64,000 bases of DNA from Candidatus Margulisiibacteriota bacterium (GTDB lineage Bacteria; Margulisbacteria; WOR-1; CAVSGV01; JBHPDX01). Below are positions 37,052 to 48,028 of the stretch, piece by piece. The notes below the pieces were generated by a model. It did not search any database. It was not told the origin of the DNA and saw only the letters and a list, made by a program, of their open reading frames with translations. Location of the stretch: contig JBHPDX010000001.1 of assembly GCA_042577445.1 (NCBI GenBank), positions 6,614 through 70,613 on the forward strand, written 5' to 3'. The translations under genes were made by a program, and so were the position numbers. The first letter of the stretch is position 1; the number at the start of each line of letters is the position of its first letter.

Positions 37052-38374
37052 TTATTTGTTCAAAATAGATATCGACTGCTTAAGGACATTCTCCGCTGCT
37101 TCATACATGCTTTCGTAGACCGTTGGATGCGCGTGAATAGTATTAATGATGTCTTCCGCTTTCATCTGCTTGCTTACCGCGAGCCCAGCCTCCCCGAATA
37201 TTTCCGTCGCGTCTCCGCCCAATATGTGGATCCCGACTATCTTGTCGGACTTATCGGTTATTATCTTGATGAAACCATCCCTTTCGTCATTGATCAGAGA
37301 TTTAGATGATGCCCTGAACGGGAATTTTCCTATTTTTATGTCCTTAAGTTTTTCCCTTGCCTCTTTTTCGTTTAGCCCGACCGAAGCGACCGCGGGATCG
37401 GAATAAATACATCTTGGCACAGCGTGATGTTCCATTTTTGCTTTTTTACCCGAAGCGTTCTCGGCCGCAACTATACCTTCTTTTGCCGCCGTGTGGGCGA
37501 ACATGTATTTTCCTGCAATGTCTCCTATCGCGTAGATACCCGGCAGATTTGTTTCCATTTTGTCATTAACGATCACTTTACCTTTTTCAAGTTTTATCCC
37601 GATCTTATCAAAGCCCTCAGTGTTCAGCTTTCTTCCTACTGAGATCAAAACCATGTCGAAGCTTCCCGTATCCTTTAAACTCGTATTCGTTTTTATCTCC
37701 ATGCCCTTTTTAGCAAGGACTTGTGCGAGCCCTGCGCAGACCTCCTCATCTTCCAGCGGCATTATGCGCGGCATGATCTCGAATACGGTCACTTTTGCTC
37801 CCAGATCATTGAACACGCAGCCGAGCTCTATCCCCATCGGGCCTGCGCCTATAACCGCAAGACTTTTTGGGACATTTTTGATCTTTAATATATCATCGCT
37901 CGATAAGATCTTTTTGCCGTCCAGCTCGAAACCGGGAAGCGAGGATACTCTGGAGCCTGTAGCAAGGATTATCTTCTCGGCATGTATCGTTCTGCCGGCA
38001 ACTTCAATATGTTTAGCGTCTTTTAATATTCCCTCACCCTTAATGAGGGCGATCTTGTTCTCCTTGAAGAGATATTCCAATCCCTTTCTGAGCTGGCTCA
38101 CGATACGGTCTTTGCGTTCTATTATCTTTTCAAGGTTTATGGAAACGTTCTCCGCGTTGATGCCGAACTTATCAGCTTTTTTTATCTTTGAATAAAGTTT
38201 TGTGCTTGCATGGAGTGTCTTGGTAGGTATGCAGCCGTGGTTCAGGCAGGTCCCGCCGACCTCGCTTTTTTCTATCAATGCGACTTTCTTCCCGAGCTGC
38301 GCTGCTCTTATCGCCGCGGTGTATCCCCCGGGCCCTGCACCTACCACTACTATATCAAAAGCTTCTATGCTCAT
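37052..38374 (-). CDS. lpdA: dihydrolipoyl dehydrogenase
   Basis: FDIVVVGAGPGGYTAAIRAAQLG and GGTCLNHGCIPTK give the redox-active disulfide. Confidence 0.92.
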   Translation of the reverse strand: MSIEAFDIVVVGAGPGGYTAAIRAAQLGKKVALIEKSEVGGTCLNHGCIPTKTLHASTKLYSKIKKADKFGINAENVSINLEKIIERKDRIVSQLRKGLEYLFKENKIALIKGEGILKDAKHIEVAGRTIHAEKIILATGSRVSSLPGFELDGKKILSSDDILKIKNVPKSLAVIGAGPMGIELGCVFNDLGAKVTVFEIMPRIMPLEDEEVCAGLAQVLAKKGMEIKTNTSLKDTGSFDMVLISVGRKLNTEGFDKIGIKLEKGKVIVNDKMETNLPGIYAIGDIAGKYMFAHTAAKEGIVAAENASGKKAKMEHHAVPRCIYSDPAVASVGLNEKEAREKLKDIKIGKFPFRASSKSLINDERDGFIKIITDKSDKIVGIHILGGDATEIFGEAGLAVSKQMKAEDIINTIHAHPTVYESMYEAAENVLKQSISILNK

Positions 38375-39819
38375 TTTTCCAGTTCCTTTTTCAGCAATTT
38401 ATTCACTACTCCCGGGTTGGCCCTTCCTTTAGTGGCTTTCATTACCTGGCCGACAAGAAATCCGATTACTCCGTGTTTTCCGCCCTTATAATCCGCAACA
38501 GGTTTTGGATTATCCTTTAGCGCCCGCTGGATCGCTTTGACAAGCTCGCCTTCATCGGATATCTGCGTCATTCCTGATCCGGAGACCACGTCACTTACGC
38601 TTTTCCCCGTTTCCAGGACCTTGACCAGGATATCTTTGGCCATTTTCCCGCTGATGGTCCCTTTATCTATCAGTTTTATCATCTCTATAAGCTGTTCAGG
38701 GGTTATATTTGCCTTTGTTATACTGATCTTTTTTTCATTTAGATAAGCAGAAAGGTCGCCGATCACCCAATTGCTAAGCAACTTTGGCTTGCCTCCCAGT
38801 TTAACGCCTTCTTCGAAGAAAGCGGCCAGGTCCTTGTCTCCGAGTATGACAGTAGCATCGTGTTCCGGAAGCCCCAACTCCTTGATGTATTTTTCTTTCT
38901 TTTTCCCCGGCAGTTCTCCTATGGTCTTTTTGATATCTTCGATCCACTTTTTGTCCAGCTCAAGCGGAACCAGATCCGGTTCCGGAAAGTAGCGGTAGTC
39001 ATGCGCTTCTTCTTTTGACCTCATGGAGAAAGTCTCGCCCGTTTCATCATTATAGAGCCTGGTTTCCTGTGTTATCTTTCCGCCTTCTTCCAATATCTCT
39101 TTTTGGCGCTTGATCTCCGCCTCAAGCGCATTCTGGATGAAACGGAAGGAATTCATGTTCTTGACCTCTGTTTTTGTTCCGAATTCTTTTGATCCTACGG
39201 GCCTTAGCGATATGTTGGCATCGCATCGCAGGCTTCCTTCTTCCATATTTCCGTTGCACACGCCCAGATAGACAAGAATATTCCTTAGTTCTTCAACATA
39301 AACCTTTGCCTCTTCCGATGTTCTTATATCGGGTTCGGAAACTATTTCCATGAGAGGCACTCCGGCCCTGTTGAGGTCAACATTGCTGTAATCCGCCCCG
39401 CGCAAGCCCGCAGCTCCCTTATGGACCAGCTTGCCGGCATCCTCTTCCAAGTGCACTCTTGTTATCCCGATCTTTTTCTTCTTGCCTTTAACTTCTATTT
39501 CCAGATGTCCGTGTTCCGCAAGGGGCTTTTCGTACTGTGATACCTGGTAGTTCTTCGGCAGGTCGGGATAGAAGTAATTTTTTCTTGCAAAGATCGAGAT
39601 CCCTTCCACCTTCTTGCAGTCCAGCGCCAATGCCGTTTTTACGGCAAAATCCACGACTTTCTTATTAAGGACCGGGAGTACGCCGGGCTGTCCGGTGCAG
39701 ACCGGACAGATATTGGTGTTCGGCGGATTACCGAACTTCGTGGAGCAGCCGCAGAAGATCTTGCTGTCCGTCAGCAGCTGTGCATGTATTTCTAAGCCTA
39801 TTACAACTTCGTATTCCAT
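38371..39819 (-). CDS. gatB: Asp-tRNA(Asn)/Glu-tRNA(Gln) amidotransferase subunit B
   Basis: MEYEVVIGLEIHAQLLTDSKIFCGCS is the GatB N-terminus. Confidence 0.92.
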   Translation of the reverse strand: MEYEVVIGLEIHAQLLTDSKIFCGCSTKFGNPPNTNICPVCTGQPGVLPVLNKKVVDFAVKTALALDCKKVEGISIFARKNYFYPDLPKNYQVSQYEKPLAEHGHLEIEVKGKKKKIGITRVHLEEDAGKLVHKGAAGLRGADYSNVDLNRAGVPLMEIVSEPDIRTSEEAKVYVEELRNILVYLGVCNGNMEEGSLRCDANISLRPVGSKEFGTKTEVKNMNSFRFIQNALEAEIKRQKEILEEGGKITQETRLYNDETGETFSMRSKEEAHDYRYFPEPDLVPLELDKKWIEDIKKTIGELPGKKKEKYIKELGLPEHDATVILGDKDLAAFFEEGVKLGGKPKLLSNWVIGDLSAYLNEKKISITKANITPEQLIEMIKLIDKGTISGKMAKDILVKVLETGKSVSDVVSGSGMTQISDEGELVKAIQRALKDNPKPVADYKGGKHGVIGFLVGQVMKATKGRANPGVVNKLLKKELEK

Positions 39820-39827
39820 ATAGCCCC

Positions 39828-41294
39828 TTAACCTGCGGTTATCTTGATCTTTTCTTTGTGCCAGTTCGTGTTCTGTTCATATGTATAGGCCACCTTAAGT
39901 ATAGTTTCTTCGTCAAAAGCCTTACCCATTATCTGCAGGCCTACCGGCAGGTTGTCGCTGAACCCGCATGGTATCGATATTGCAGGGATCCCGGCAAGGT
40001 TGACCGGTATTGTTGCTATGTCTGACAGGTACATTGCCAGCGGATCGTTCGTCTTTTCCCCGATCTTGAACGCGACGGTAGGTGAAGTAGGGGAGATTAG
40101 GACATCGAACTTTGAGAAAGCTTTGTCAAAGTCATTCTTTATCAAAGTCCTTATTTTCTGGGCTTTCAGGTAGTAAGCGTCGTAATACCCAGCGGAAAGC
40201 GCGTAAGTCCCGAGCATTATCCGCCGTTTGACCTCGGGGCCGAAACCTTCGCGCCTTGTATTATAATATATAGTTAACAGGTCGTTCGCTTTCTCGGACC
40301 TGTATCCGTATTTTACACCGTCATATCTGGCGAGATTGGAGCTTGCTTCGGCCGTAGCCAGCAAATAGTATGTCGGGACGCCGTATTCAAAGGTCGGCAT
40401 TGATACCTCGCTGATCTTTGCGCCCAAACTTTCGAGTTTTTTAATGGCAGCCTTAACCGCATCTTTAACTTCTTCGTTCATTCCTTTGCCGAGCAGTTCT
40501 TTTATTACTCCGATCCTCAATCCCTTAATATCGTTCACCAGGGATTTTTTGTAGTCAGGCACAGGAATATTAACGGAAGTTGAATCCCTTTCATCGTGGC
40601 CGGCGATCACGTTCATGAGTATTGCGCAGTCGCTGACATCTTTGGTTAGCGGACCGATCTGGTCCAATGAGGAAGCGAACGCTATCAATCCATATCTTGA
40701 AACCCTTCCGTAGGTCGGCTTGAATCCCACCACGCCGCAAAAAGAAGCCGGCTGCCTTATCGATCCCCCGGTATCTGACCCCAGAGCCAGTATGGTCTCG
40801 TTTGCCGCCACCACCGCTGCTGAGCCGCCGGAAGAACCGCCGGGGACAGTATCCAGATCCCACGGATTTTTGGTCTTTTTGAAAGCAGAATTTTCCGTTG
40901 ATGACCCCATTGCGAACTCATCCATATTGGTCTTCCCGATCATTATTGCACCCGCATCACTGATCTTTTCCACTATGGCGGCGTTATACGGCGGGATATA
41001 ATTTTCCAGTATTTTGGAAGAGCAGGTGGTCTTTGTTCCCTTGGTACACATATTGTCCTTGACGGCTATCGGTATCCCCGCGATAGGCGACAGTTTTTCT
41101 TTTGCCTTTATCTTTTTATCGATCTCCTTGGCTTTTCTTAGCGCCTTTTCTTTGCTCAGGCTTACGAATCCCTCTATCTTTTTTTCAGTTTTTTCTATTT
41201 TTTTGAACACAGATTCCACTATCTCGACAGAAGATGTTTCACCTTTATCCAGTTTCGCTTTCAATTCATGTGATGTTAGTTCAAAAAGTTCCAT
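39828..41294 (-). CDS. gatA: Asp-tRNA(Asn)/Glu-tRNA(Gln) amidotransferase subunit A
   Basis: The amidase signature [13 protein letters not shown] is present. Confidence 0.92.
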   Translation of the reverse strand: MELFELTSHELKAKLDKGETSSVEIVESVFKKIEKTEKKIEGFVSLSKEKALRKAKEIDKKIKAKEKLSPIAGIPIAVKDNMCTKGTKTTCSSKILENYIPPYNAAIVEKISDAGAIMIGKTNMDEFAMGSSTENSAFKKTKNPWDLDTVPGGSSGGSAAVVAANETILALGSDTGGSIRQPASFCGVVGFKPTYGRVSRYGLIAFASSLDQIGPLTKDVSDCAILMNVIAGHDERDSTSVNIPVPDYKKSLVNDIKGLRIGVIKELLGKGMNEEVKDAVKAAIKKLESLGAKISEVSMPTFEYGVPTYYLLATAEASSNLARYDGVKYGYRSEKANDLLTIYYNTRREGFGPEVKRRIMLGTYALSAGYYDAYYLKAQKIRTLIKNDFDKAFSKFDVLISPTSPTVAFKIGEKTNDPLAMYLSDIATIPVNLAGIPAISIPCGFSDNLPVGLQIMGKAFDEETILKVAYTYEQNTNWHKEKIKITAG

Positions 41295-41304
41295 TTTTGA
41301 TCCT

Positions 41305-41592
41305 TTATTCCAGAATGCGGGGGACAGAGAACATATTGTCTTCCTCTTCGGGGGCGTTCGAAATGATGGATTTTACGTCTTCACAGCCTTTTACCTTGTC
41401 TTCCCGAAGAACATTTTTCATAGGGAGCGCATGCGAGGTGGGGGGGACCTTTTCAGTATCCAGCTTGTTTATTGTTTCGGCATGCTCCAGTATCTTGGAA
41501 AGCTGTCCCGCAAAAAGGTCTTTTTCTACTTCGGTAAGGCCTAATCTTGCCAGTTTTGCTACGTGATCCACGTCTTTTTTTGAGATAGCCAT
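41305..41592 (-). CDS. gatC: Asp-tRNA(Asn)/Glu-tRNA(Gln) amidotransferase subunit C
   Basis: [23 protein letters not shown] is the GatC N-terminus. Confidence 0.88.
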   Translation of the reverse strand: MAISKKDVDHVAKLARLGLTEVEKDLFAGQLSKILEHAETINKLDTEKVPPTSHALPMKNVLREDKVKGCEDVKSIISNAPEEEDNMFSVPRILE

Positions 41593-41703
41593 AACGGAAA
41601 GATTATACTATATAAAGGGGGCGGTTGTCAGGGATTAGTTGTTAGATGGGCTCTTCATGCCGTTGTGAACTGGAGCTGATTATGTTATCATACTCAAGTT
41701 TTT

Positions 41704-42672
41704 ATGAAGAAATTAACGGTTGGTCTATTGCTTTTTATCGTTGTGCTTTCCTTCCTTTCCTTGGAGACGAAGGTGGCGTCTTCGCGTACGAAAAAACCCA
41801 CCTATGATGCGATCGATCTGGTGGTTTCCTCGACAGATCCTCCTTCGGTGAAGCGTCTTGCCAACTTTTATAAAAAAGGCGTAATGAGGGAAAAGCTGGG
41901 GGCGCATGAGAACGCGCTTATAGCCTACAGCAGCTGCAATTCCAAGGCTATAGAGCTCCTTAGTTACGGAAATTTAAGTAAAGATTCGGTTAGAAGGATA
42001 CTCCCTTATGCGATCGCTTCCGCCTACCGCAAGGCGATCCTTACCCACAGAACGATAGAAGGTTCGGTCATGAAGCTCTACAAACAGTTGGAGATGTACA
42101 AGGATGCAAATACGACCATCGATGAGGTCCTTACTATAATATCCAACCTGTCAACCGAAAGAGGTATAAATGTGCCTCCTCCTCAGTACTATACTCTTTA
42201 TTATGCAAGGGCTTATAACCGGTTCGGCTGGGCCTACGCGCTTCTTAACGGCAGTGCCTGGAAACGGTATATTATTTATACTCCCGCAGACACCATAACC
42301 ATGGTTGATAAAAGCATAAATGACATAAAACTCGGCTTGGAAGCGTTCGATATTGATGCCGACAGCAGGCTCAGCGAATTGCTGGCAGCGAACAACGTCT
42401 CTCGGGTACTTAATGACAGGCTTAAAGAAAGGTCACCTGAACATCTGACATTAGCTCTTTGTTTTAATAACTACAATACCGGTTCTATTAAATATATCGT
42501 TGAGATGCAGCTGCTCAAGAAGATGAGGCGGGCAGTCGACTTCTATAAGCAGCGAAACACCGTTAAAATATTACAGCGCGGGAAAAAGATCTTTACCTAC
42601 GAAGATTTTATGAGGCCGGGGACGAAAGAGCTGATCACAACAATGAATCAGTTCCTGGAGATAATGAAGTAA
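41704..42672 (+). CDS. secreted hypothetical protein of 322 aa
   Basis: The N-terminus MKKLTVGLLLFIVVLSFLSLE is a signal peptide. I see no recognisable domain. Confidence 0.55.
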   Translation: MKKLTVGLLLFIVVLSFLSLETKVASSRTKKPTYDAIDLVVSSTDPPSVKRLANFYKKGVMREKLGAHENALIAYSSCNSKAIELLSYGNLSKDSVRRILPYAIASAYRKAILTHRTIEGSVMKLYKQLEMYKDANTTIDEVLTIISNLSTERGINVPPPQYYTLYYARAYNRFGWAYALLNGSAWKRYIIYTPADTITMVDKSINDIKLGLEAFDIDADSRLSELLAANNVSRVLNDRLKERSPEHLTLALCFNNYNTGSIKYIVEMQLLKKMRRAVDFYKQRNTVKILQRGKKIFTYEDFMRPGTKELITTMNQFLEIMK

Positions 42673-42684
42673 GAATGAAGTAAG

Positions 42685-43464
42685 CTAGTTGGAGTTACCG
42701 TACCACCACAAGATCGATTGATATCCAGAAGCACCCCTTGGAATTGTGTATCCTCCTATAAAACTTTCCACATTACCTTCTATTGATGCCACTGCCGTTG
42801 CGGGTGATGCGGACCATGAACTTACCATCATGCGAAATGTTTTGAAATCAGCTGACCATTCCCATGTTGGCGGGAAGAAGTATGGGATTTGTGCTGTGCT
42901 GGGTCCGGGCCAATAAACTTCAGGTGTAAGGGTCCCTGCATCCACTGTCATGCTGAAAGTTACTTCAAGCGTTCTAGGGTGGTAAATATCCCCTTCTGTT
43001 ATATACGGAGTTCTGCTTACGATCCCGAAGCCTGACATATAATGGTTAAATAAAACAGTTCCTTCAACTATGGAATTTCCGTTCTCATCCTGAAATCCTT
43101 CCTTTGAAGCGATCCAGTATACCCTTGAGCCATCCCCGCCTAACCATTCACCGGGATTTAATATGGTCAAGGTTTTTCCGTCGCCTGACCAACTCACGCT
43201 TTCATATGTATTAGGATAAATAGCGGTATTGTATTGGTTATAAAAAGTGATCGCATCGTTTAGGTTAACACTGGTATTCATTTTTTTGTTGAATACCAAG
43301 GTTAAAGTTTCCCCTGATGCGATACTGGTGGCGCCAAGTGAAGGTGATCTTGATAATATTGCGGGATCTGATGAACCGGCCAGGTATGTGCTGCAGCCGG
43401 ATATCGCGAAAACCGACAGCAATATCAAAAATAAAACATATATAGAATAGGAGTATTTGTTCAT
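42685..43464 (-). CDS. lipoprotein, hypothetical (Ig-like fold likely)
   Basis: MNKYSYSIYVLFLILLSVFAISGCS carries the lipobox AISGC. The protein is rich in beta strands. Confidence 0.55.
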   Translation of the reverse strand: MNKYSYSIYVLFLILLSVFAISGCSTYLAGSSDPAILSRSPSLGATSIASGETLTLVFNKKMNTSVNLNDAITFYNQYNTAIYPNTYESVSWSGDGKTLTILNPGEWLGGDGSRVYWIASKEGFQDENGNSIVEGTVLFNHYMSGFGIVSRTPYITEGDIYHPRTLEVTFSMTVDAGTLTPEVYWPGPSTAQIPYFFPPTWEWSADFKTFRMMVSSWSASPATAVASIEGNVESFIGGYTIPRGASGYQSILWWYGNSN

Positions 43465-43498
43465 TTCAGAGTAAATTTACTACTTTGATATGGCCATG

Positions 43499-44494
43499 TC
43501 AAATTCTAAGGGCTGATACCGGCTCAAGGCCAAGGTCAGATCTCTCGCCTTTTTTTAGGCGGTAATAACCCGCACAGCCTATCATTGCCGCATTGTCAGT
43601 ACAGAGGTTCATCGGCGGAAGGGAAATATTGAACCCTTCCTTTTCTGCCCTTGATCTCAGGTCTTCCCTTAAGGAAGAATTTGCTGATACACCGCCTGCA
43701 AGCGCTATCCATTTCACTTTTTTGTCCTTCGCCGCGCGGATGGTCTTTTCTACCAAAATATCTACCGCAGCCTTTTGAAATGAAGCGACAAGATCATCAG
43801 GATTCTTTGGAATCCCTGTTTTCTTGACGTAATTAACTACTGCGGTCTTCAATCCACTGAAAGAAAAGTCATACCCGAAGCTCTCATCAAGCATCGCACG
43901 GGGGAAATCAATAGCTTTCGGATTGCCGTTCTTGGACATTTTATCGATTATCGGGCCTCCAGGGTATCCGATACCAAGAAATCTGGCCACTTTATCAAAA
44001 GCTTCTCCCGCTGCATCGTCCCTTGTGCGGCCCATAAGCTCGTACTTCCCATGATCTTTTACATATATAAGGCTGGTATGGCCGCCGGAAACCACAAGGC
44101 ATACAAAGGGGAATTTTATATCTGAGCCATTCAGGAAGTTAGCGTATATATGCCCCTCAAGATGGTTGATGCCTATGAACGGTTTGCCGGTAGAGTAGGC
44201 GATGGCTTTTGCCGCATTCAATCCAACGATCAGTGAACCCACAAGTCCGGGCCCATAAGTCCCCGCAACACCGTCGATATTCTTGAACTTCATTCTTGCC
44301 TGATCCATGGCCTGTTTGATCACAGCCGAAATAACCTCAATATGCTTTCTTGAGGCGACTTCAGGCACGATCCCGCCGTACTTTTTATGGAATTCAACCT
44401 GTGAAGATACAATGTTCGATAATATTTCCTTCCCGTCTTTTATAACGGCAGCGGAGGTTTCATCACAGGAGGTTTCGATGGCAAGGATTTTCAT
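43499..44494 (-). CDS. tsaD: tRNA N6-adenosine threonylcarbamoyltransferase
   Basis: MKILAIETSCDETSAAV...GINHLEGH matches Kae1/TsaD. Confidence 0.92.
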   Translation of the reverse strand: MKILAIETSCDETSAAVIKDGKEILSNIVSSQVEFHKKYGGIVPEVASRKHIEVISAVIKQAMDQARMKFKNIDGVAGTYGPGLVGSLIVGLNAAKAIAYSTGKPFIGINHLEGHIYANFLNGSDIKFPFVCLVVSGGHTSLIYVKDHGKYELMGRTRDDAAGEAFDKVARFLGIGYPGGPIIDKMSKNGNPKAIDFPRAMLDESFGYDFSFSGLKTAVVNYVKKTGIPKNPDDLVASFQKAAVDILVEKTIRAAKDKKVKWIALAGGVSANSSLREDLRSRAEKEGFNISLPPMNLCTDNAAMIGCAGYYRLKKGERSDLGLEPVSALRI

Positions 44495-44497
44495 GGA

Positions 44498-45721
44498 TTA
44501 TTCTTTTACCGTGGCTTCTCCTGCTTTAAAAAGCGCGTATTTTGTGAGGATAGGGCCTATTATTTCATTGAACGCGACCGTAACAAGCGTAACGTTTAGT
44601 ATTATCGCCTTGAATTCGAAATAGGGCGAAGCACTGGTGATCAAAAGTGATAAACCTATTGCAACACCGGCTTGAGGTATAAGGGTTAATCCAAGATATT
44701 TCTTGATAATTTCCGGAGATTTAGATATTGAACTCCCCATGAATGCGCCTGATATTTTTCCTATCATACGACCGACCACAAAGACAATGCTCCATATCAG
44801 TAATATTGTGCCTATAGTCGTGAATATTTTCAGGTTCAAACTTGCACCCGCAAGAACAAAAAAGAAACAATATATCGGAGGCGTTAATTTTTCCAAGCTA
44901 GGTACCATCTCCTTGCTCTTGCCGGGCAAGTTTATCAAAGTTATACCCAAGAACATATTTGTTAAAAGGGCTGACGTATGCGATACCGAAGCCACTGCGA
45001 TCGCCAGAAATACTATTCCTAATATTATGATCACGCTGTCAGTGATATCTTTTGTCAGCTTAATAAGTAAATTCGCCACTATGCCGAGCAGTATTCCGAT
45101 AATAAGTGCTGTCGAGATCTCCAATAATGATGCCGATAAAGAGTTGAATGCGGTTTTACCGAAAGTTGAGATATGAGTAAAATCAAAGGTCATTATCAAG
45201 CCAAAAAGAATGATCGCTACCGCATCATCCAGGGCAACCACTGCAAGAGTCGTTTCCGTTAAAGTCCCCCTTGTGCGGTATTCCTGCATTATAGCCACTG
45301 TTGCAGCAGGGGCAGTTGCGGCCGCAATGGCTGCGAGGGGCAGAATAGCACCCAAAGGCATCTTGAACATATAAAGCAGAAAGAAAACAAAAAAGAATGC
45401 CCCGAGCGATTCCATTAACGTTATTATCATTAAACGCCAGCCCAGTTTTTTTAGCAAACCGAAACTCAAACCGGACCCTATTACAAGTGCAACTATACCC
45501 AAGGCCAGCCTATGTATGAATCCAAGCTGATATACGGAGCTTTCACTAAAAACTTTTAATAAGTAAGGGCCGAATATTATCCCCGCCATTAAATATCCGG
45601 TTATGCGGGGAAGCTTTATTTTTTTTGCCATCCAGCTGACAATAAATCCCAATATGAGTATGCCGGATGCCGTAAAAAACACATCATTACTTAATAATTT
45701 AATAAATTCATCAATTGACAT
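44498..45721 (-). CDS. cation:proton antiporter (Na+/H+ exchanger family, CPA-type)
   Basis: The protein is polytopic with 11 to 13 hydrophobic helices. The N-terminal motif LPRITGYLMAGIIFGP is typical. Confidence 0.75.
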   Translation of the reverse strand: MSIDEFIKLLSNDVFFTASGILILGFIVSWMAKKIKLPRITGYLMAGIIFGPYLLKVFSESSVYQLGFIHRLALGIVALVIGSGLSFGLLKKLGWRLMIITLMESLGAFFFVFFLLYMFKMPLGAILPLAAIAAATAPAATVAIMQEYRTRGTLTETTLAVVALDDAVAIILFGLIMTFDFTHISTFGKTAFNSLSASLLEISTALIIGILLGIVANLLIKLTKDITDSVIIILGIVFLAIAVASVSHTSALLTNMFLGITLINLPGKSKEMVPSLEKLTPPIYCFFFVLAGASLNLKIFTTIGTILLIWSIVFVVGRMIGKISGAFMGSSISKSPEIIKKYLGLTLIPQAGVAIGLSLLITSASPYFEFKAIILNVTLVTVAFNEIIGPILTKYALFKAGEATVKE

Positions 45722-45723
45722 GA

Positions 45724-46188
45724 TCAGTCTAGAGAGCCCCCTTCGATCAGTATGCGCGATAGATTGGCCCGGTCGACAACACCTACCAGTTTTCTGTTGC
45801 GGACGACAGGGAGGCGTTTTATGTTGCTGTTGATCATTAAATTGGCCATATCGGTGGCCGGGGTGTCTTCTGTGGCTAGGACGGGACTCTTGTTCATATA
45901 ATCCTTTACCAATGCATCTCCTACTTGCCTCAATTTTGTTATGACCTGCGTTAAGCTCGCGATATTAATGACGTCAGGATTCTCTATTTTTATCTGTTCC
46001 GGGAATATCGCGGTCAGTATATTTCTTTCTGAAATATAACCAGTAACCTCATTTTCATTGTTGACCACCGGTATGCCGGAGAAAGCGCGCCAGGAAATTA
46101 TCTCTGCAGCCTCTTTAAGCGGGGTGTCTTCTGTGACGGAGGTAAGGTCTCTTGTTATGAAATCTTTTGCTTTTTTCATATTAGTCAA
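45724..46188 (-). CDS. CBS-pair domain protein
   Basis: There are two CBS motifs (GIPVVNNENEVTGYISERNIL and RLPVVRNRKLVGVVDRANL). Confidence 0.75.
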   Translation of the reverse strand: MTNMKKAKDFITRDLTSVTEDTPLKEAAEIISWRAFSGIPVVNNENEVTGYISERNILTAIFPEQIKIENPDVINIASLTQVITKLRQVGDALVKDYMNKSPVLATEDTPATDMANLMINSNIKRLPVVRNRKLVGVVDRANLSRILIEGGSLD

Positions 46189-47125
46189 CCTTCCTTATTT
46201 TAGCTTTAGATACAAGATGATCGACATCTTTTTTTGAAACAGGATAATTCAATTTATTCCTTGCCGTGGAAAGCGCGGCCGCTATTCCGTACTTTAACGC
46301 TTCCGATATGCTGCCTTTAGCTAAATACCTGTGTATAAATCCTGCCAGCATGCCGTCGCGCGTCCCTATGCGTATCAACTTTTCGTTCTTATCAGGCTCA
46401 ATATCGCCTTCCCAGCTCTCTTTTTTTGTGGCTACCATGTACTTAAAGCGGTCATAATTAAATATTACGATCTCCGCTCCCTTATTAAGGGCTTCTTTTG
46501 CGGCTTCCTTGCGCGTGTCCGCATTACCCATATTCTTGCAAAAAAGCTCTTTGCATCCCCTAAGGTCCGGATTGAGAATGAACAGGCTCGTTTTTCCCAG
46601 GCACTCTTTAAGTATTTCTTCTCTTAAATTGACGACCACTTTTATGTTCTTTTTGTTTGCTTCATCGATCAGTTCTTTTACGAATATCGGCGGTACTCCT
46701 TTTGGCAGGCTTCCTCCTATTTCCACGAGCGTGGCGCTTGAAAGGAGCCTGTTGAAGTTAGACTTGAAATGATTAAGATAACGCAGTTCCATCGAGGGGC
46801 CTTCTTCTATGATCATTGTCTGCCTGTTCTTATTTTCCTCTATGAGGTAGAAATCAGTACGGAGTTCCTGGTTGGTATATATAAAATTCGTTGTTACTCC
46901 GATCTTTCGCAAAGATTCCTCGAACATCTGGCCGCTCATCCCGCCCAAAAATCCTGTGGCTACGACCTCTTTTTCCCCTAATACTGCGAGGGAATTGGCT
47001 ACGTTAACGCCTTTTCCTCCGGGTGTTCTGTGCGTCATTGCTACGCGGTTAACTCCTCCAAGCGAGGTTTCCGACAGGTATAGAAGATGATCTAATGCGG
47101 GGCTTAATGTTACGGTCACAAGCAT
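46181..47125 (-). CDS. PfkB-family sugar kinase (1-phosphofructokinase or tagatose-6-P kinase-like)
   Basis: TPGGKGVNVANSL and GTRDGMLAGF are PfkB signatures. Confidence 0.8.
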   Translation of the reverse strand: MLVTVTLSPALDHLLYLSETSLGGVNRVAMTHRTPGGKGVNVANSLAVLGEKEVVATGFLGGMSGQMFEESLRKIGVTTNFIYTNQELRTDFYLIEENKNRQTMIIEEGPSMELRYLNHFKSNFNRLLSSATLVEIGGSLPKGVPPIFVKELIDEANKKNIKVVVNLREEILKECLGKTSLFILNPDLRGCKELFCKNMGNADTRKEAAKEALNKGAEIVIFNYDRFKYMVATKKESWEGDIEPDKNEKLIRIGTRDGMLAGFIHRYLAKGSISEALKYGIAAALSTARNKLNYPVSKKDVDHLVSKAKIRKVD

Positions 47126-47182
47126 AGGGCACCTCTTTCTTGGTTTTGACTAATAATAAGTATAATACAAATCAAGTCAGTT

Positions 47183-47977
47183 TTACAGCATGTCTTGGAT
47201 GATGCTCTTCAGCTTTTTGGCTTCAGTTTCCGGAGAATCCATGCTTTTTATCCGGATAGGAGTTCCTATTTTGATCTTGATCTCGCCGCATTTGAACGTC
47301 TTTATACAATTTAATGTCCATATAAGGAAGATCTTTAATAAATGCCCCCCGATATTTCCTATTTTTGAATAATCCGGCGGCGGAGCTATCTCATGAGCCC
47401 CCGTTACGGCGCATGGTATTATCGATCGGCCGGATTCGTAGGCCATTACCACTACTCCAGGATTAAAAGGGCCCATATTGCCCGTTAAGGAAATATGCCC
47501 CTCCGGAAGGATAAAGATTATTTCCCCGTTTTTCAGATGATGGATCGCTTTTTCAACACTATAGCTTCTTCCCCAGGGGCCCTGCTTCTCGAGCATCAGA
47601 TCTGTTATTGGAATATGTCCGGCGCTTTTTAGCATGCGGCCAAAGAACGGCGATCTTGCCAGGACATTGGACATGATGAACCTGAAGCGGCGCGGGAAAT
47701 ATGCCAGAAAAGCTAAATGCTGGATATCGCTTTGATAATTTGAGATCAAGATGAAATTCCCGCTTTCAGGGATGTTCTCAAGACCTTCAATGCACACCTT
47801 TATTTGGCAAAGCAGTAGATATGCTTTGGAAAACGAACGCAACAACCAGAAATGTGCTTTTTTACTTTTAATGAATAATATTTGGAGAACGATAGAAAGT
47901 ACGCCGAAGATCAAGATAAGCAGGATCAGGCTTGCAAAACTCCATAGGGCATATACATATCTTAGAATATTCTGCAT
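47183..47977 (-). CDS. lysophospholipid acyltransferase (PlsC/LPLAT family) with a non-canonical motif I
   Basis: An N-terminal TM helix is present. ILPEGH is motif III. In place of NHxxxxD the protein reads NYQSDIQ, so the histidine position is Tyr. Confidence 0.65.
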   Translation of the reverse strand: MQNILRYVYALWSFASLILLILIFGVLSIVLQILFIKSKKAHFWLLRSFSKAYLLLCQIKVCIEGLENIPESGNFILISNYQSDIQHLAFLAYFPRRFRFIMSNVLARSPFFGRMLKSAGHIPITDLMLEKQGPWGRSYSVEKAIHHLKNGEIIFILPEGHISLTGNMGPFNPGVVVMAYESGRSIIPCAVTGAHEIAPPPDYSKIGNIGGHLLKIFLIWTLNCIKTFKCGEIKIKIGTPIRIKSMDSPETEAKKLKSIIQDML

Positions 47978-48028
47978 AATTTGCCGTTGATTATAACATA
48001 CGTGTGGGCTTATAATCAGTTAAACAGT

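Noticed and set aside
37127-38520. Cluster of plus-strand ORFs of 60 to 211 aa
   Set aside because: They are antisense to lpdA and the gatB 3' end, with proline and serine-rich junk translations.
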